A stretch of 64,000 nt of DNA from Amoebophrya sp. A120 (taxonomy: Eukaryota > Protista > Dinoflagellata), in the NCBI GenBank assembly GCA_905178155.1, contig CAJINV010000011.1:10154-74153 (forward strand), written 5' to 3'. Within the stretch, counting starts at the first letter, position 1. Every line of letters begins with the position of its first letter. The notes beneath the pieces were generated by a model. The model had not been told where the DNA came from and did not search any database. It was given only the letters and a program-made list of their open reading frames with translations. Below, in pieces: positions 35,937 to 48,385 of this stretch. The translations under genes and the position numbers were made by a program.

Positions 35937-38002
35937 GGTCAGGCGGTATTCGCTTCTGTCCTGCTGGAGCTGGAGCGAACAAGCTGCATCTACTCCGTGG
36001 CCGGCAATGGTTACTTTGTCATTTATTTTCCGCCAGTCGCCATCGTGTATTTTTCTGCGCTATTATCGTACAAAAAAACTACACCAGAGCTATACCAGAA
36101 AAAAGTATATCAATGTGCGGACTTTTACTTTTTTATTTTCTTCTAGCATGAAAATTTCCACTGAAGAGTGTTGTCCCTGCATCACAGAGTTTTCTGTGGC
36201 GCGAATTTTGCAACACATCAGGCGTGCCTATGCTTTTGTGGTATAAACGTAGGTGTGGTCGTCATTTTCTGCAGGATATCAGCTTCTGCGTGCCGGTGGT
36301 TGTGCTAGACAGGTGATCAGAGGATGCGGACCGCGGTCGTTTCGCACCGGTTTTCAAGGGATGCGGAATGCTCAGGACGTCTGGCCTGGTAGAACAAACT
36401 GCTCCCATACAATAATCCCGTGGTAGCTCCTCCTGCTGCACTCCCGAAGCAGAACTCGGCTCCTGCACACCCACACCAGGCAGCTGACACATTATTGCAC
36501 TCGCTTTTGGCGTCGCACCGGGGAAGATTCCATTCCTGATCGTCTTGTTCATGGCAACGGCGCTCGTCTCTCCAACCTCGTGCTGTACCCGGCCTTGTTG
36601 TTGTTGGTCCGCAGCTGCACCCACAGATGAGCCCGCGCCCGACCTGCGTCCCGCTGGAAACCGCGCCCCGGCGCCACTGGTTCCCGCCGATCTCATCTTC
36701 GCAAGCGGCGGCAGAGGGAGCAACCCAGGAACGGTCCGCTGCGGTGCGGCTTGTGCACTTGAATGTGTGATGTCATTGAACAACGCACACTTCCCGGCGG
36801 CAAAATCCACAACCGGAGATTGGGACTTTGCAACGGTTGCGGCAAAGAGAAGTAAGCCGGTCATATCGGAACTTGCACTGCTGGTGGTGGAAGACGCGGT
36901 GGGACGAATGGGGCCTGTCGTGCTCGATAACGGCTGTCCACCTCCCTGTTCTTGTTCGCAGGGCCGGCGTTGGTCGTCGATCCTCTCTTCTTCTCTGGGA
37001 ACATGGTCAAAAAGTTAAAATATGGACAGAAAAATTAATGCCACTTTGACGCACATGTACCATCGATCATCCTGAAGCTGTAAATTGGACGAGCATGACT
37101 TTCACCAATTTGTATACGAAGAGGTTGTACTATTAAACGCAAAGCGCTTAGTACTAGGATATCATGATTACACATTAGAAGAGACGAAATCACATTGCGG
37201 CGCAAGTGGTGCCATCTTTTAGCAGCTTTGCCCATTCGACATTTTCTTTTTTTTGGACTTTTGCCCTATCAGTGCCCTGCTACCTGCGATTGTAGGAGAG
37301 TCGGACGAAAACATCGCTCTCGCCAACGACGCACGATAGACTGGCAAAGAAGCATTCGACTGTTGACAAGGACAGACGGAAATGACAAAACACGGACGTT
37401 TAGGCCCAAAGAAAACGAGCTGAGACCAGAAGAGCTGCTGCCCTTGGTCATCTAACTCAGCTCTATACAACAAGAGAAACTTCTCGATTAGTTTACGACA
37501 TGCGCCCGGCAAAATTGTCAGCAGAGCACATCTAAAGCCAATCTACCAGTGGAGTCCCCACATGAACAAGATGCTGCTGACCGACGTTCTACCCGGAGGC
37601 TTAGACAAAGGTGGGCAAGACGACGAAAGACGAGGCGTCGGCGGGATTTGCACGAAACGAAAGGGCAGCCGAAACCCCGCACAGAAGAAAATGCTCCCTT
37701 GGCTGCTGTGGCGCTGCTCCGAGAACATCTTGCAAAGAGGCGGGGCGCACAGATCGACGCTTTGTTGCTAGCTGAGCGCCATAGATAGCTTACTTATTGG
37801 GCGGCTGTTCAGTGGCCTGCGTTGGTATTCATGTTGCGCGGATGCAACGTGCAAAAGTAGCGAAGCTAAGAAGATGCTAAGTTTTCTCTTGATGCATCAC
37901 GAAAGTCGGCTTTCCTCTTCATAGCGACGAGGAAGCTGCTTGTAATATGTAGCGTTCGGGACGTCCTCTTGGATTTAAAAGGCGGCAAAGTGGTTTAGGT
38001 CG

Positions 38003-41000
38003 TTAGTCTTCCATATTTGAATGTGCATCAGCAGTGGCGTCAGAGGGTCCAGGAGCTGCGTTTTCCTCGTGGTCCGCGATTTTTGCCCTCTTCGTAGCCG
38101 GAAGGAGTTCTTGTTCCTCTGGAATACCGCGTGCAGCTGAAGACTTCTTTTTATTCTCTTCGTCGTCCTCGTCCTGCGTCACAACATCGGCGATAGCCGC
38201 GGTCGACGAGGATGATCCACCGATTTGCTCGAACTTGAGTTCCTGTTTTCTCGGATCGTTCGCGGAAATCACTGAAAATGGCGACCCGGCCAAGTCTGAT
38301 ACTACTGCGGGTGGCCCACCTTTCTTCGTGTCGATGTTGGGCGACGCTCTCTTAGCGGTGCCAGTATTCGGAACGAGCTGCATGACATTGGTGCATTCAG
38401 GAGACTCCGCCGGCGCGTGAACCTCGTCGTGGCCTTCGCCGAAGGAACTACTGCTGTTGGGAAGCAGATTTTGCTCCGATAACCTTGGCTCCTTGGGCAT
38501 ATTAATCTGGGTCAGCAGCTGGATCTGCTTCTCATCCGTATTTGCTATTGTAGTTGCGGCCGGAGCTCCTGCTGCTCCGCTAGAAGATGTTGACGCTGCC
38601 GGAGGTGGTGGCGACCGACCCTGGTTATCCGGATTCAGGCGCAGCTCACTCAAGTTCATCATCCTCTCTTGCAGCGACTCATCGTCGAGGCTTTCGTTCT
38701 CCATGTCCAGCATAGGTCCGAAGTGCGGGGTGTTCTGTGTGACTACCGCATTGTCAATCGGCCCAGCCCGACTTGCGGAGGAGCCGCAGGCGGCGGAGCC
38801 TGCTGCTGCTGCTCCAGCTCGTGGCGCTTTACTTGTTTCAACCACCGCCGCGAACAGACCGGTTGTGCCAGCAATTTGTGGTGGTTGGTCAGGGGTGACC
38901 CCAATGAGAGACAGCGCTGAAGGGAGTTGCTGGCTCGCAAGCTGCTCAGCGTCCGTCCCTTCCACGTGGTAAGCAACGGAAGAGTCGCTGCTGCCGGCGC
39001 AGGCAGATTTTATCCCTTCGTTCTCTTCGTCTTCTGGTGGCGGCGAGAGAGCTGGTGCTGTAGTAGTTGTAGATCAGAGGCGGTTTATTTTGAGTTTGCG
39101 CTTGCCGACTACGTCGTCGTGTGAGGTTGAGCTATAAAAATTCTTAGTATGCTGATATCGTGTAGGGCATTTTGCACGATGACACAGATAATACGACAAT
39201 ATACGCGTCCAACGTGACAGCCTCATACAGAATATTATTTACGAGGGCATCAAAGCGACTGTTTCCACAAAATGAAGATTTATCATACTCATTAGCAAGC
39301 GAAAAACAAAGACGTGGCAGCAGTGCTTGAAATGTACTGAAAGAGTCTGCAGATGTAACAAGTACCTGCTCCGGACATAATATCGCCGAGGACATTGGCA
39401 TCTGCTCCCGTGGGTGTACTGGGGCCAACCACATTGCCCGAAGACGACGACGACAAGGAGGCGGAAAAGGAGGATCGCCGCGGCATTGGACTCAGGAAGT
39501 GGCACCGGTCATAGACACTGCGCCAAGGCACGGGCGGCGGCGCGCGAAAAGTTGTCTCTGCTACTGCTGCTGCTGCGTCAACTGCTGCAAGCAGCTGCGG
39601 ACTCTGTTCCGGACCATGCACTGATCGCAACTGTTCCGCAACCACCTCGGTCGGGTTTGGAGGTGTGTTTGGATTCAAAGTCTGCGTGGGGCCCTGAAGA
39701 CAGGAAGACGAGCAAGCAGCTGCGTGCTGCTGCACTGTCTCGGCCGCCCCTGTGCCAGTTTCCTTCGCGGAATCTTCTCCCAAAGCCGTCTCCGCCGCAG
39801 CCTCCACCCTGCCGGTTGTGCTAGAAAAACCCGCGGCGGCTATCCGGAGCGAAAACACCCCCGCCCTAGAGTCAAGATGGGGATCTCGCAACACAAGTCG
39901 AGCACTTTTGGGAGTCAAGCATCACAAGGTCGTCTCTGTATTGTAGTGCAGCTTAGCTAGTACAGCCGCAACACAAGTCCATCTTCCAATTCTGTTTACA
40001 ACATTACACATCAGTCCAAAGTGCGACTGGGAATGCCGCTCATGGGGATGCGCATTACAAATTCTCCTGTAACGGCAAATCTGCATGACAGCTGGGGGGT
40101 GGCGGGGACGTTTTTACTTGGGATAGTGGCTGTGCTAGAACAAGTAGCCGCGTTGTTCATGTTCTGCAGGTGCAGTAGTTGTTGCCCACCAGCATCTTGC
40201 TTTTGGCCGCCGATTTGCTGTTGCGACAACACACCCCTGAGTAAACTTGGGTTCTTTTCTTGGGCGATCTCATGCATTGCAAAAATATCGTGCTAGTACA
40301 AACTGCATCACATCAAATAATTTCTTCACGACCAAAAGGGACACTTTTCATACTATATCAGCTAGAAAGTATAGATTTATAAATCATGCACGATCATGAC
40401 TACCATCAGTAAGAGTGCGATATTTTTGGAATGCATAGGAGACCAGATCGGACAACTCGTTCTTCTTTTTCTTTTTCTCCTTCTCACTGCTAGAGGAATC
40501 CAACGGGGATCTGTTGGGCTTTTCATTTGTTGAATTCTTGGATGTTGAATTCCTGGGTGTTTGATGGTCCCCCGGAGCGGGTTCATGTTTGGCAGGATTT
40601 TTGTGGGGTGAATATTCTTGGTTGAAAACTGCCAGCGTTGGCTCGTCCCGCCGCCCTTCCGGCCCGCCTTTCCCATTTCCAGCGGAAAGAGATGCAGCCG
40701 CTTGTTGCCCAGCGTTAGTATGCATTGCAAATATGCCTGGGTCTGGAAGATTGGAACTTGTAATGCTGGTCTTACATTCATGTGAAAGCTGTAATATTGC
40801 ATGTCCGATATCAAAACCGGAGTGTGTATGAGAATGGAGAAAGCGTTCCGCAAATTTGTCATGCTTTCCTGCGTCAAAGGAGGCGCTTTCATCGTGCACA
40901 TTTTAGCATCACAAATTTGCAGACAGAGACATATTTGCACTTGATAGTTAGAACCACCTGGAAATTCTTGTTGAACAGCCGAAGATGAGGAACTTGAAGC

Positions 41001-43393
41001 TATCCTGGAGAAAAACGGGGCCCACACCCCATAGTTTTGTCATGCAAATCTGCGTTCCTAAAACGTTTCTCATGCGGTGGAACCCCATGAGCAGCTTTCT
41101 CTAGTCGTGTTTTGGAATTGGTGCTGTTGCTACAAACATGTAGAATAAATGAAATATGTCTGTGACGCTGCTGAACTAGTGAAGCTGGCCGGCGTTACTA
41201 CGAGGTCAAACTTGTCATGCGTAACTGCCACAGCTGGTTGAATTATTTAGGAGATTTTCCATCTCGACTCTGGGGTAGGGACGTTTTCGCTCGAGATAGA
41301 AACAGGAGCACCACTCGGCCAACTAAGATTACTGGTGTTCAACATCCTCCTGTCCGCTTCCTCCTGCAATTCCCCAAGCGGTTGCTGCAGCGGCTTCTTA
41401 TGTGCGTTCCTTTGCTCTACTTGCGGCGACGCCTCGCCTGCGGCCAGTTGGTTTTGCACCTTGTCCGCCTTGCGGTCACGGTCTTGCAAGATTTTCAGTT
41501 GGTCCTGCGCCTCCTTCAGTTGTTTCTCTAATGCCATGATCTTCCTGTCCTTTTGGATGCTAATATCCGCAGGGCCGCCCTGCGGAACCGGCTCTCCGTC
41601 TGCGCCAGTAGTAGAACCCTTCTGTTGCGAAGCGGCCTGTTGAAGATGGTGACCTGCGGTCGTTTTGCCTCCTGCGGTTCCGCCCTGGGCGCTCCTTCTG
41701 GCAGCGGTAGACGAGGAGGAGGAAGAAGATGCTGCTGCGCCTTTGCTCGCAGCTCCGCCCTTGGTCGTACTACCCGTGGCATGATTCGCTGCAGCGGTAC
41801 TACTAGCGTGCTGCTGTAACAGCAGCACGCTGTTGCAACAGTGTTGCAGCAGCGCGAGTTTCGCGTTGTTCTCCGGTCGCAATTTCAAAAACTGCAGGCT
41901 CTCTTTCTCCTTCTGTTGCAGATCTTTTTCCAATTTCACGCCCTTCTCCGCAAACACTTGGCGCAGTATTTCCATATAACAATTGGGGCCTATGGCATCA
42001 TACGGGAGCGTGCACATTTGACCCATGTTGCGCCTGTAATGCGTCAGCCTTGTTTTTTGCAAAGTTTCGGAGTTTTGCTGTAGAAGCCGTCTCTGCGTAG
42101 GTGCCTCTGTCAACTTTGCAGGTCTCCTTTTCAGCTTCCTTTTCGTCTCCTTCAGCGGATTCAACTCTTTTTCCACCTCGGCATCATCCAGCAGAGATGA
42201 ACCAGGACCAGCTATCGCGCTTTTCTTGTTGTCCCTTGTAATCGGCAACTTCCCAGCTCCAGCACCCCTGCTAGCGCCGGCAGTTGTCGCTACTTGCTCC
42301 TTCACTTTCGCCAACTCCTTTTCCACCGATTCCAAATGCGCCCGAAGCCTTTCGTTTACCGCCTTCGCTGCGTCCACTTCTTTTCCCATATTGCTTTTCT
42401 GTGCCTGCAGTTCGGATATCTCTCTTTTCTTCTTCCGGTCCTGCCGAATCTGCTCCTCCTGTTTGCGGTGGTAGAGTTGCATCAAGTCCTCCTTATCCTC
42501 CATCTGCTTCGCCTGGAGGGAAAGCTCCTTTCTCCACTTATCGTTCGTGTTCTGTAACTCCGCTTGAAGCAAAGTGATCTGCTCTTCTTTTTCAATCACT
42601 TCTTGATTCGCTTTTTTCTTGTGCTTCTGCAACTCCTCTTCCCTCTTCAGTTCTCGCCTCTGAAATCTCGTCACTTCCATTTGCAACGCCCGGATCTTTT
42701 CCTGCGTGCTCGTCATATCGTTCCGCGAAGAGAGAATTTCCGCCTGTTTCTGTGCCACTTTTTGGTCAAGGGCTTCTACCTTCGGACGGAGTTGTAAGTG
42801 TAAATTCTCGGATGCCAACTTTTTCTTCTCGGAAGTGATTTTATCGCTTTTTGTTTGGATCAACTGGTAGTCGGCTTTGAACTGCTCCGCTTCCAGCTGG
42901 GTTTTGCTCACTGGGGTCAGAAGATTTTCGATCTCGGTGTCTTTCTGCCGCCGTGCTTTGAAGGCTTTGGCAATCACCCCGTCCTGCTGCCGGGAGGTCA
43001 AGTGCAGGGAACCGCCTGTAGGTAGGGATGGTGTGATGTTTAGTTGTTGTTTAACCAAGGAAGAAGATGCTGCTGCGCCCTTGCTCGCAGCTCCGCCCTT
43101 GCTCGTACTATTACCTTTCGCACCGGCATGATTCGCTGCGGCGGCAGTGTCGTGCGGCCGCTTGACTTTCGTGCGCTTCTTTTTTTGCACTTTCGAAACC
43201 TCTTGGCGCTCGTTGTCCTTCTCTTGCATATCAAATGCAAATACGTCTGGTTCTGGAGCCTTGTGATGTTAGTTGGCGAACCCTAAGGACGCCACCGTCG
43301 TCTTTTCATCTGTGCATCGCAAGTTTCCAGACCCAGACATATTTGCAGTTGATATCCCTTGCTAGTGATGGATGCGCTGTTGTTGAAAACCAT
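38003..43393 (-). CDS. Large coiled-coil/low-complexity hypothetical protein
   Basis: 660-aa ORF linked in frame through elements 41001, 40719, 40271 and 39841; probable GT-AG intron about 39365-39133 leading to the terminal exon ending at 38003. Confidence 0.65.
39841..40125. mobile_element. Introner family B
   Basis: Flanks gcggc/gtggc; frame restored. Confidence 0.85.
40271..40437. mobile_element. Introner family E (TSD lost)
   Basis: TIRs; flanks gatct/ggaga; DLVS|AQEKNP in frame. Confidence 0.75.
40719..40946. mobile_element. Introner family A
   Basis: Perfect TSD gttag; frame restored. Confidence 0.9.
41001..41298. mobile_element. Introner family B
   Basis: Flanks gaagc/gaaac; frame restored. 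Confidence 0.8.
43229..43354. mobile_element. Introner family A, minimal 126-bp form
   Basis: Clear TIRs; TSD degraded. Confidence 0.8.
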
Positions 43394-45010
43394 TGAGGAG
43401 GACAAAAGGTTATCGGCCCCGACGGAACAAGAGGACGAACATGAGGGGGCAGGACCCGCGGGAGCAGCGCGAGAAAGACCTCGGGACCGCGGCCTTCCCC
43501 GGGGAATATCCGTTGGCAGTTGACCTGTTTTAGATGATATACAGAAGTAGGGAAGCAGAGAAGTCGTGCAACAAGTGCTTCACTACTTCCAATTGCATCG
43601 TAAAACTAGAGCACGGGAGTGAAGTATTGCTGTGCGTCTGTTTCTCGTTATTATATGAGTATGGATATGCAAGCGCGACAAAAGAAAAATCTTCAAGAAG
43701 AGGACGATCTAGATCGACTTCACTAACAGAGTGGGACTAGGCACAATAAGACCTTTCTCTTTCCCCGTCGCTGCAGTACCCTCAGCGGCTCGATCCGCGT
43801 CATTCTTGTTCCTTTTATCCTTCTTCTTCTGCTGCTTACGGGGCCGCGGCTTCTGCATGCGCTGTAACTGCTGGCGCCTCCTGGCCATGCGTCCGAGTGG
43901 GATGCGTTGCCTTCTGCGCGCCGTCTTCTCTTTTTTCTTTTTTTTTTGTTGTGTCTGCCTTTTGAGTCCGGCGCCATCTTCTCTGCTTTCTTCGTCTTCC
44001 GACGAAAGAAAAAAATGGTGAACCATATTGGAAGGCGAGTGAGGAATACTGTCGTATCTGTAAAAACGCAAAACCTAAACTTACACTTGCCAACTACTTT
44101 ATGTATATTGCAATGTAAAACTAAAATGAAGTTTTTAGTAGATCACTGTAGCCGGTGCGAACCGCGAAGTTGTGTATCTCTGGCCTGTCGTTTTGGTTTC
44201 GGGATGAAGAGAAGAAGAAGCGAAAATAGACCCTAACCAGAGCGGGCGCGGGGCGCGAGTGGATACTTCTGCCCACGGGGTCCCATATATATACTGCAAT
44301 GTAAAATCAAAATGGAGTTTTAGTAGATCACTGTAGCCGGTGCGAACTGCGAGGCTTAGTATATATATAAGAAGCTTACTTGATGAAGAATGACGAAGAG
44401 GCTTGGTTGAATTACTTATGAAAGACGGATCTTGCATAGTCGCAGTCTAAAACCCTTCAGCCTCGGGGTGGAGATCTTAATGTCGATATGACCCAGCGAA
44501 CATGAAAAAGAAAAAGAATCGATTTCAATGCATCAGTGCGGGCTTCAATCTTATGTATTTACGACGATTAGAGAGTCTGAGATCTGCTGTGTTACCCCGG
44601 AGGAAAAAAGGATGTGTTGCAGCAGGCTATGAACACCAATAGAACTCGTGGGGCAAGAACGAAAAACTTCTTGCCACTGAAAAATATCGCATTGCTAAGT
44701 AACAAAGCACACGCGTGAAATCTCTGGACACTTCATAGCGGGTCTGAAAATACAACTCCGGCTTCGTACAGAAAAAATACAACCTATTCCTCCGGACTCG
44801 TACAGATCCAATTCCGGTTTCTCAATTCACAAATGGACATCTTGAGGTCTTCTGCTCTGCGGTAATGCAATTCGCCTTGGTGCGCTTTTGTTTTTTCGGT
44901 TCGGTCGGGGCCGCCGTTTTCCTGATGTTTTAGTGGTTGTCTTCTGCGAGGAACGTGCCACTGACACGGTCCTTCCTTATCCTGGTACCTGCAACAAGTT
45001 TGTTTTTCCG

Positions 45011-47515
45011 CTACCCGCTGGAGGTGGACGAGGAGGCCCGGGACCCCGGCGGAAAAGAGGAGGAGGAAGACGACGTGCCGGCAGTAGAGCGACCGCCTTG
45101 GTCCGCAGCGCGCTTCATCGCTCGCACCTGCCGGCGGAACTCACGCTCGGACTTCGGCGACCGCTGTCCACTCGGAAACACGGCCCTGTAGCCCAACTGT
45201 TCCACCCCGAAGGACATCTGGGACTCGGTCAGATCCTCATTTCGCGGGGACGGGGAGCGCGGCTCGGCAGGTTGCGTAGCGACCCGTGGGGAAGAAAGCT
45301 CTTGGTCCCCTGCGCCGGCAGCAGGTTCGCGAGCACGATCTTCCAATATGAAAGTGCACAACCGGCCCCCCTCCTCACTTGTGCTGCATGAACAGCAACA
45401 GAAGCTACAACACTCCAAATGTAGCGTCCGCACGACAAACCCAGACAAGGAATGGAGTCCGGTTTCCTGGAGTGTTGCAGGGATACGCATCACAAACTTT
45501 TTGGTCATAGTACCAGACCAGCATGCCAGACCTCGCTGTCTTCCAGACCCAGACATAGTTGCACTTGATAAGTCAAAGTCACTTCCTGCAACTTTGCATG
45601 ACATATGAGGTTGGGAAACACGAATTGTGCACTCTCATAACACCCTCGCCAGCAAAAATCGGCTGCGTCTCTGATGCACCACTTCGATCTTGCTGGTGCT
45701 GCGGTGTCATCCTGTGCAAAAGTATCGTGCTCGTACTAATCCAGTTTATTCATTTATACAATAATTTCTCTCAAGGCGAATCCGCGTTACAAATTCAATT
45801 TGTATTGCTACTTATCTCAATTTGTAAAATGCTATTTTTACTAGTGCGATACTTTTGCAATGCATAGGTTGGTTGGTCGCGTCTTCCTCCTCGTCGCTAT
45901 CGTCAAACAAGAGCCAATCGAGTATCAAAAGGAAAAATCCCTTCTCCTTATATCGAAACGCACGCAGATCCGAAGCCTAGGTAAGGGCCTTTTGGTGTAG
46001 GTGCCTAGCATGGTAGACGGCTACCCTGTAGGCGTCACAGCATTACAAATCGCCTGCATAACGTGGCGGACAGCCTGAGCGTGTCTCCTTGAAAGACAGA
46101 CCCGATTTATGTTCACAAATCTGCATCACAAATTCTCAGGAGGATGCGCGTTCAATATGGGGAGGGGGGATTTTTCCTTGCAATATGGTAATATGCGCGT
46201 TTGTGTGTCCTGCAGAAAAGGTCGTGACAACCCAACCATGACAAAAAAAATACGTTAGGACGTTGCTGCATTCGAACTGGTTTCTCGAAATAAAATTATG
46301 TGCTGCGCGGCGACCACAGCCAGAGAGGTAAAATAATACTTCCTCTCGTTCAACATGAGGCTGCGGCCTGCGCCCTCCATTTCGAAGTGGAGAGGTGCCA
46401 TTGACCTCCCGACTTCTAGCGAGTTGGTCCTCGAACAGATTTATTAGCCTCTGCCAATATTGATATTCACCTCTGGTAAATACGTACGAAAACATACAAC
46501 CCTATATATTAGAAATAAAAACATAAAAAGACTTGTGACCGTGGTGTAAGTGCTAGAAGTACTTTCTTTGTGGGGCAGCGCAAATGCTTTTGAAAATGGT
46601 ATTGGCCTCGTCACTTTTCTGCAAGATATCCTCCTCGTTTCGGAAGATCCGCGGTGGGCTCGTGTCTGCAGCTGTATGTAGTGCAAACATGTCTGGTCTC
46701 CTGCAGAATTAAGTACAAGATTTCTCATGCCCTTCCTGACATGAGCCTGCGCAGCTCCGCGATGCAAAGAAAAGGGAACTAAATCCGTTATTTCCCTGTG
46801 GTGCGAAATAAACGCAGACTGCCATGATCCGGAATTATACGCAGTCAAAAGCGGGGTCAAGCTCGGCTGCATATCGCAGCGCAACTACTTATGAGTTCTT
46901 GTCACAAAGAACCAGTTCAAATACGAGTTTCCAGCACACCAGATAGATACTTGCACTGGATAAGCTGCAGCAGCGGCTTGCGGCACGCGCGGCGGGGGCG
47001 ATGCTTCTGGTGTCGCCGCTCTGTTGCTGCTGGAAGGGTTTGCTGCACCGGCGCGGTCTGCCAAGCGGGCACTAGAGGAAGAAGATGCTACCTGTGCCGC
47101 GTTGTTGTTGAGGTCATCTCGGCCTGCACCCAGAAGCGGGCTCTCCTGCGCGTCGGTGTCCATTTTTTCTGCAGCGTTGTTATTAGCGTCAACATCTAGC
47201 CCTTGAACTACAGCCGGGCTGTTCTCTTGCACTTCGGTGTCCATTTCTTCTCGTGCAGCACTGTGCGCGTCGACCTCCCGCTGGTCGGCATGATCTTCGC
47301 GATTTCCCCGAGCGACCTCGCGCTGGTTTCCTCCGACAGACTGCCTAGTGTCCCCCGCGCGCGGGGTCGAGCGCTCGCGCACACGGGCTGCTGGTGCCTG
47401 CCCTGGTTGCTTCGCCTGTTGGTCTTTCTGTTTCTCGACTCTGTTCTGCCATTTCTCCCGGACGCTTTTGACGCGGTCTTTTTGCGACGTCGTCAAAGCA
47501 TCTGTGGTGCGACGC
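45011..47515 (-). CDS. Multi-exon hypothetical protein (structure only partly resolved)
   Basis: ORFs 46885-47607 and 45011-45604 interrupted by elements; PQAAAAA|ADTSPP joins across 46675-46962. Confidence 0.4.
45347..45570. mobile_element. Chimeric element: family F left end, family A right end
   Basis: tatgaaagtgcacaacc...ttccagacccagacatagttgcacttgata; no TSD. Confidence 0.55.
45708..45866. mobile_element. Introner family E
   Basis: tgcaaaagtatcgtgctcgta...tactagtgcgatacttttgca; flanks ggtgt/ggttg. Confidence 0.75.
45923..46185. mobile_element. Introner family C
   Basis: tatcaaaaggaaaaatcccc...ggggatttttccttgcaata; TSD degraded. Confidence 0.75.
46675..46962. mobile_element. Introner family A (diverged)
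   Basis: Perfect TSD agctg. Confidence 0.75.
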
Positions 47516-48385
47516 ATTGTAAAAGACGGGAGGCTTAATATAAAAATACGCGTGCAGCTGTCGTACTGAACGGAGTTGCAGCTGACACAGTCACAGAGCA
47601 GATGCAATAAACTCGAGAATGAGGCTTAGTTTACTGCGTTTTGCGTTCCTTCCAGTACTGTTTAAAAAAGCTGACTTTCTAATCGAGACCGCGGGATGGA
47701 CAACATCCCGAAAGCCAAATTTTTTCTCCTGTTAATAATGTGGGAAAAATAAACCGGAAAATTCAAAAAAAGCACTATGCTATGGCTGTCACGGGAAACA
47801 AGGACAAAAAGTTGCTGCCGGTCTGACACTGATGTAAGAAGCAGCAAGCAGGTGGCGAGTAGAATTGGAAATGAAGGAGTCTGCTGCTAGCAGTGCCAGG
47901 AGCGTTGCTTGGACACCCACAAAAAGAACCGGATCATGTAAAATATGTGTCCACTATTGACAAAATTCGATACTGGTGTTAGTATCCAAGCCGACGCTTA
48001 GGTATGACTCAGGCAGATCTTCTACGCTGCGTGTGATCCTCAATGGACGAAAACAAACCAAGACCCAGATCTCAATGCGCACTGCCACTGGGCGTCTTTT
48101 TGCTCGATTGCTCCTACCGACGGATTGCAAAATTGTTTCTACTTGCGATCAAGTCGATTCAAAAAGGGATCCTGAACAAAAGAGTGAAAGAGAAAATGAT
48201 CTCAGAACTGCACGGGCAAAAAAACTTCTGCGTGTCTTATGAGTACTTTTCTCCACTATATGTACAGTTATCTTTGCAGCACGTGCTGTGACACACACCA
48301 TTGAGTTTTCATCCGAAAAATGCATATTGCAGACGAGTTGATCCTGATATTACCATATTGTCATGATCGACTATGAATTATAATT

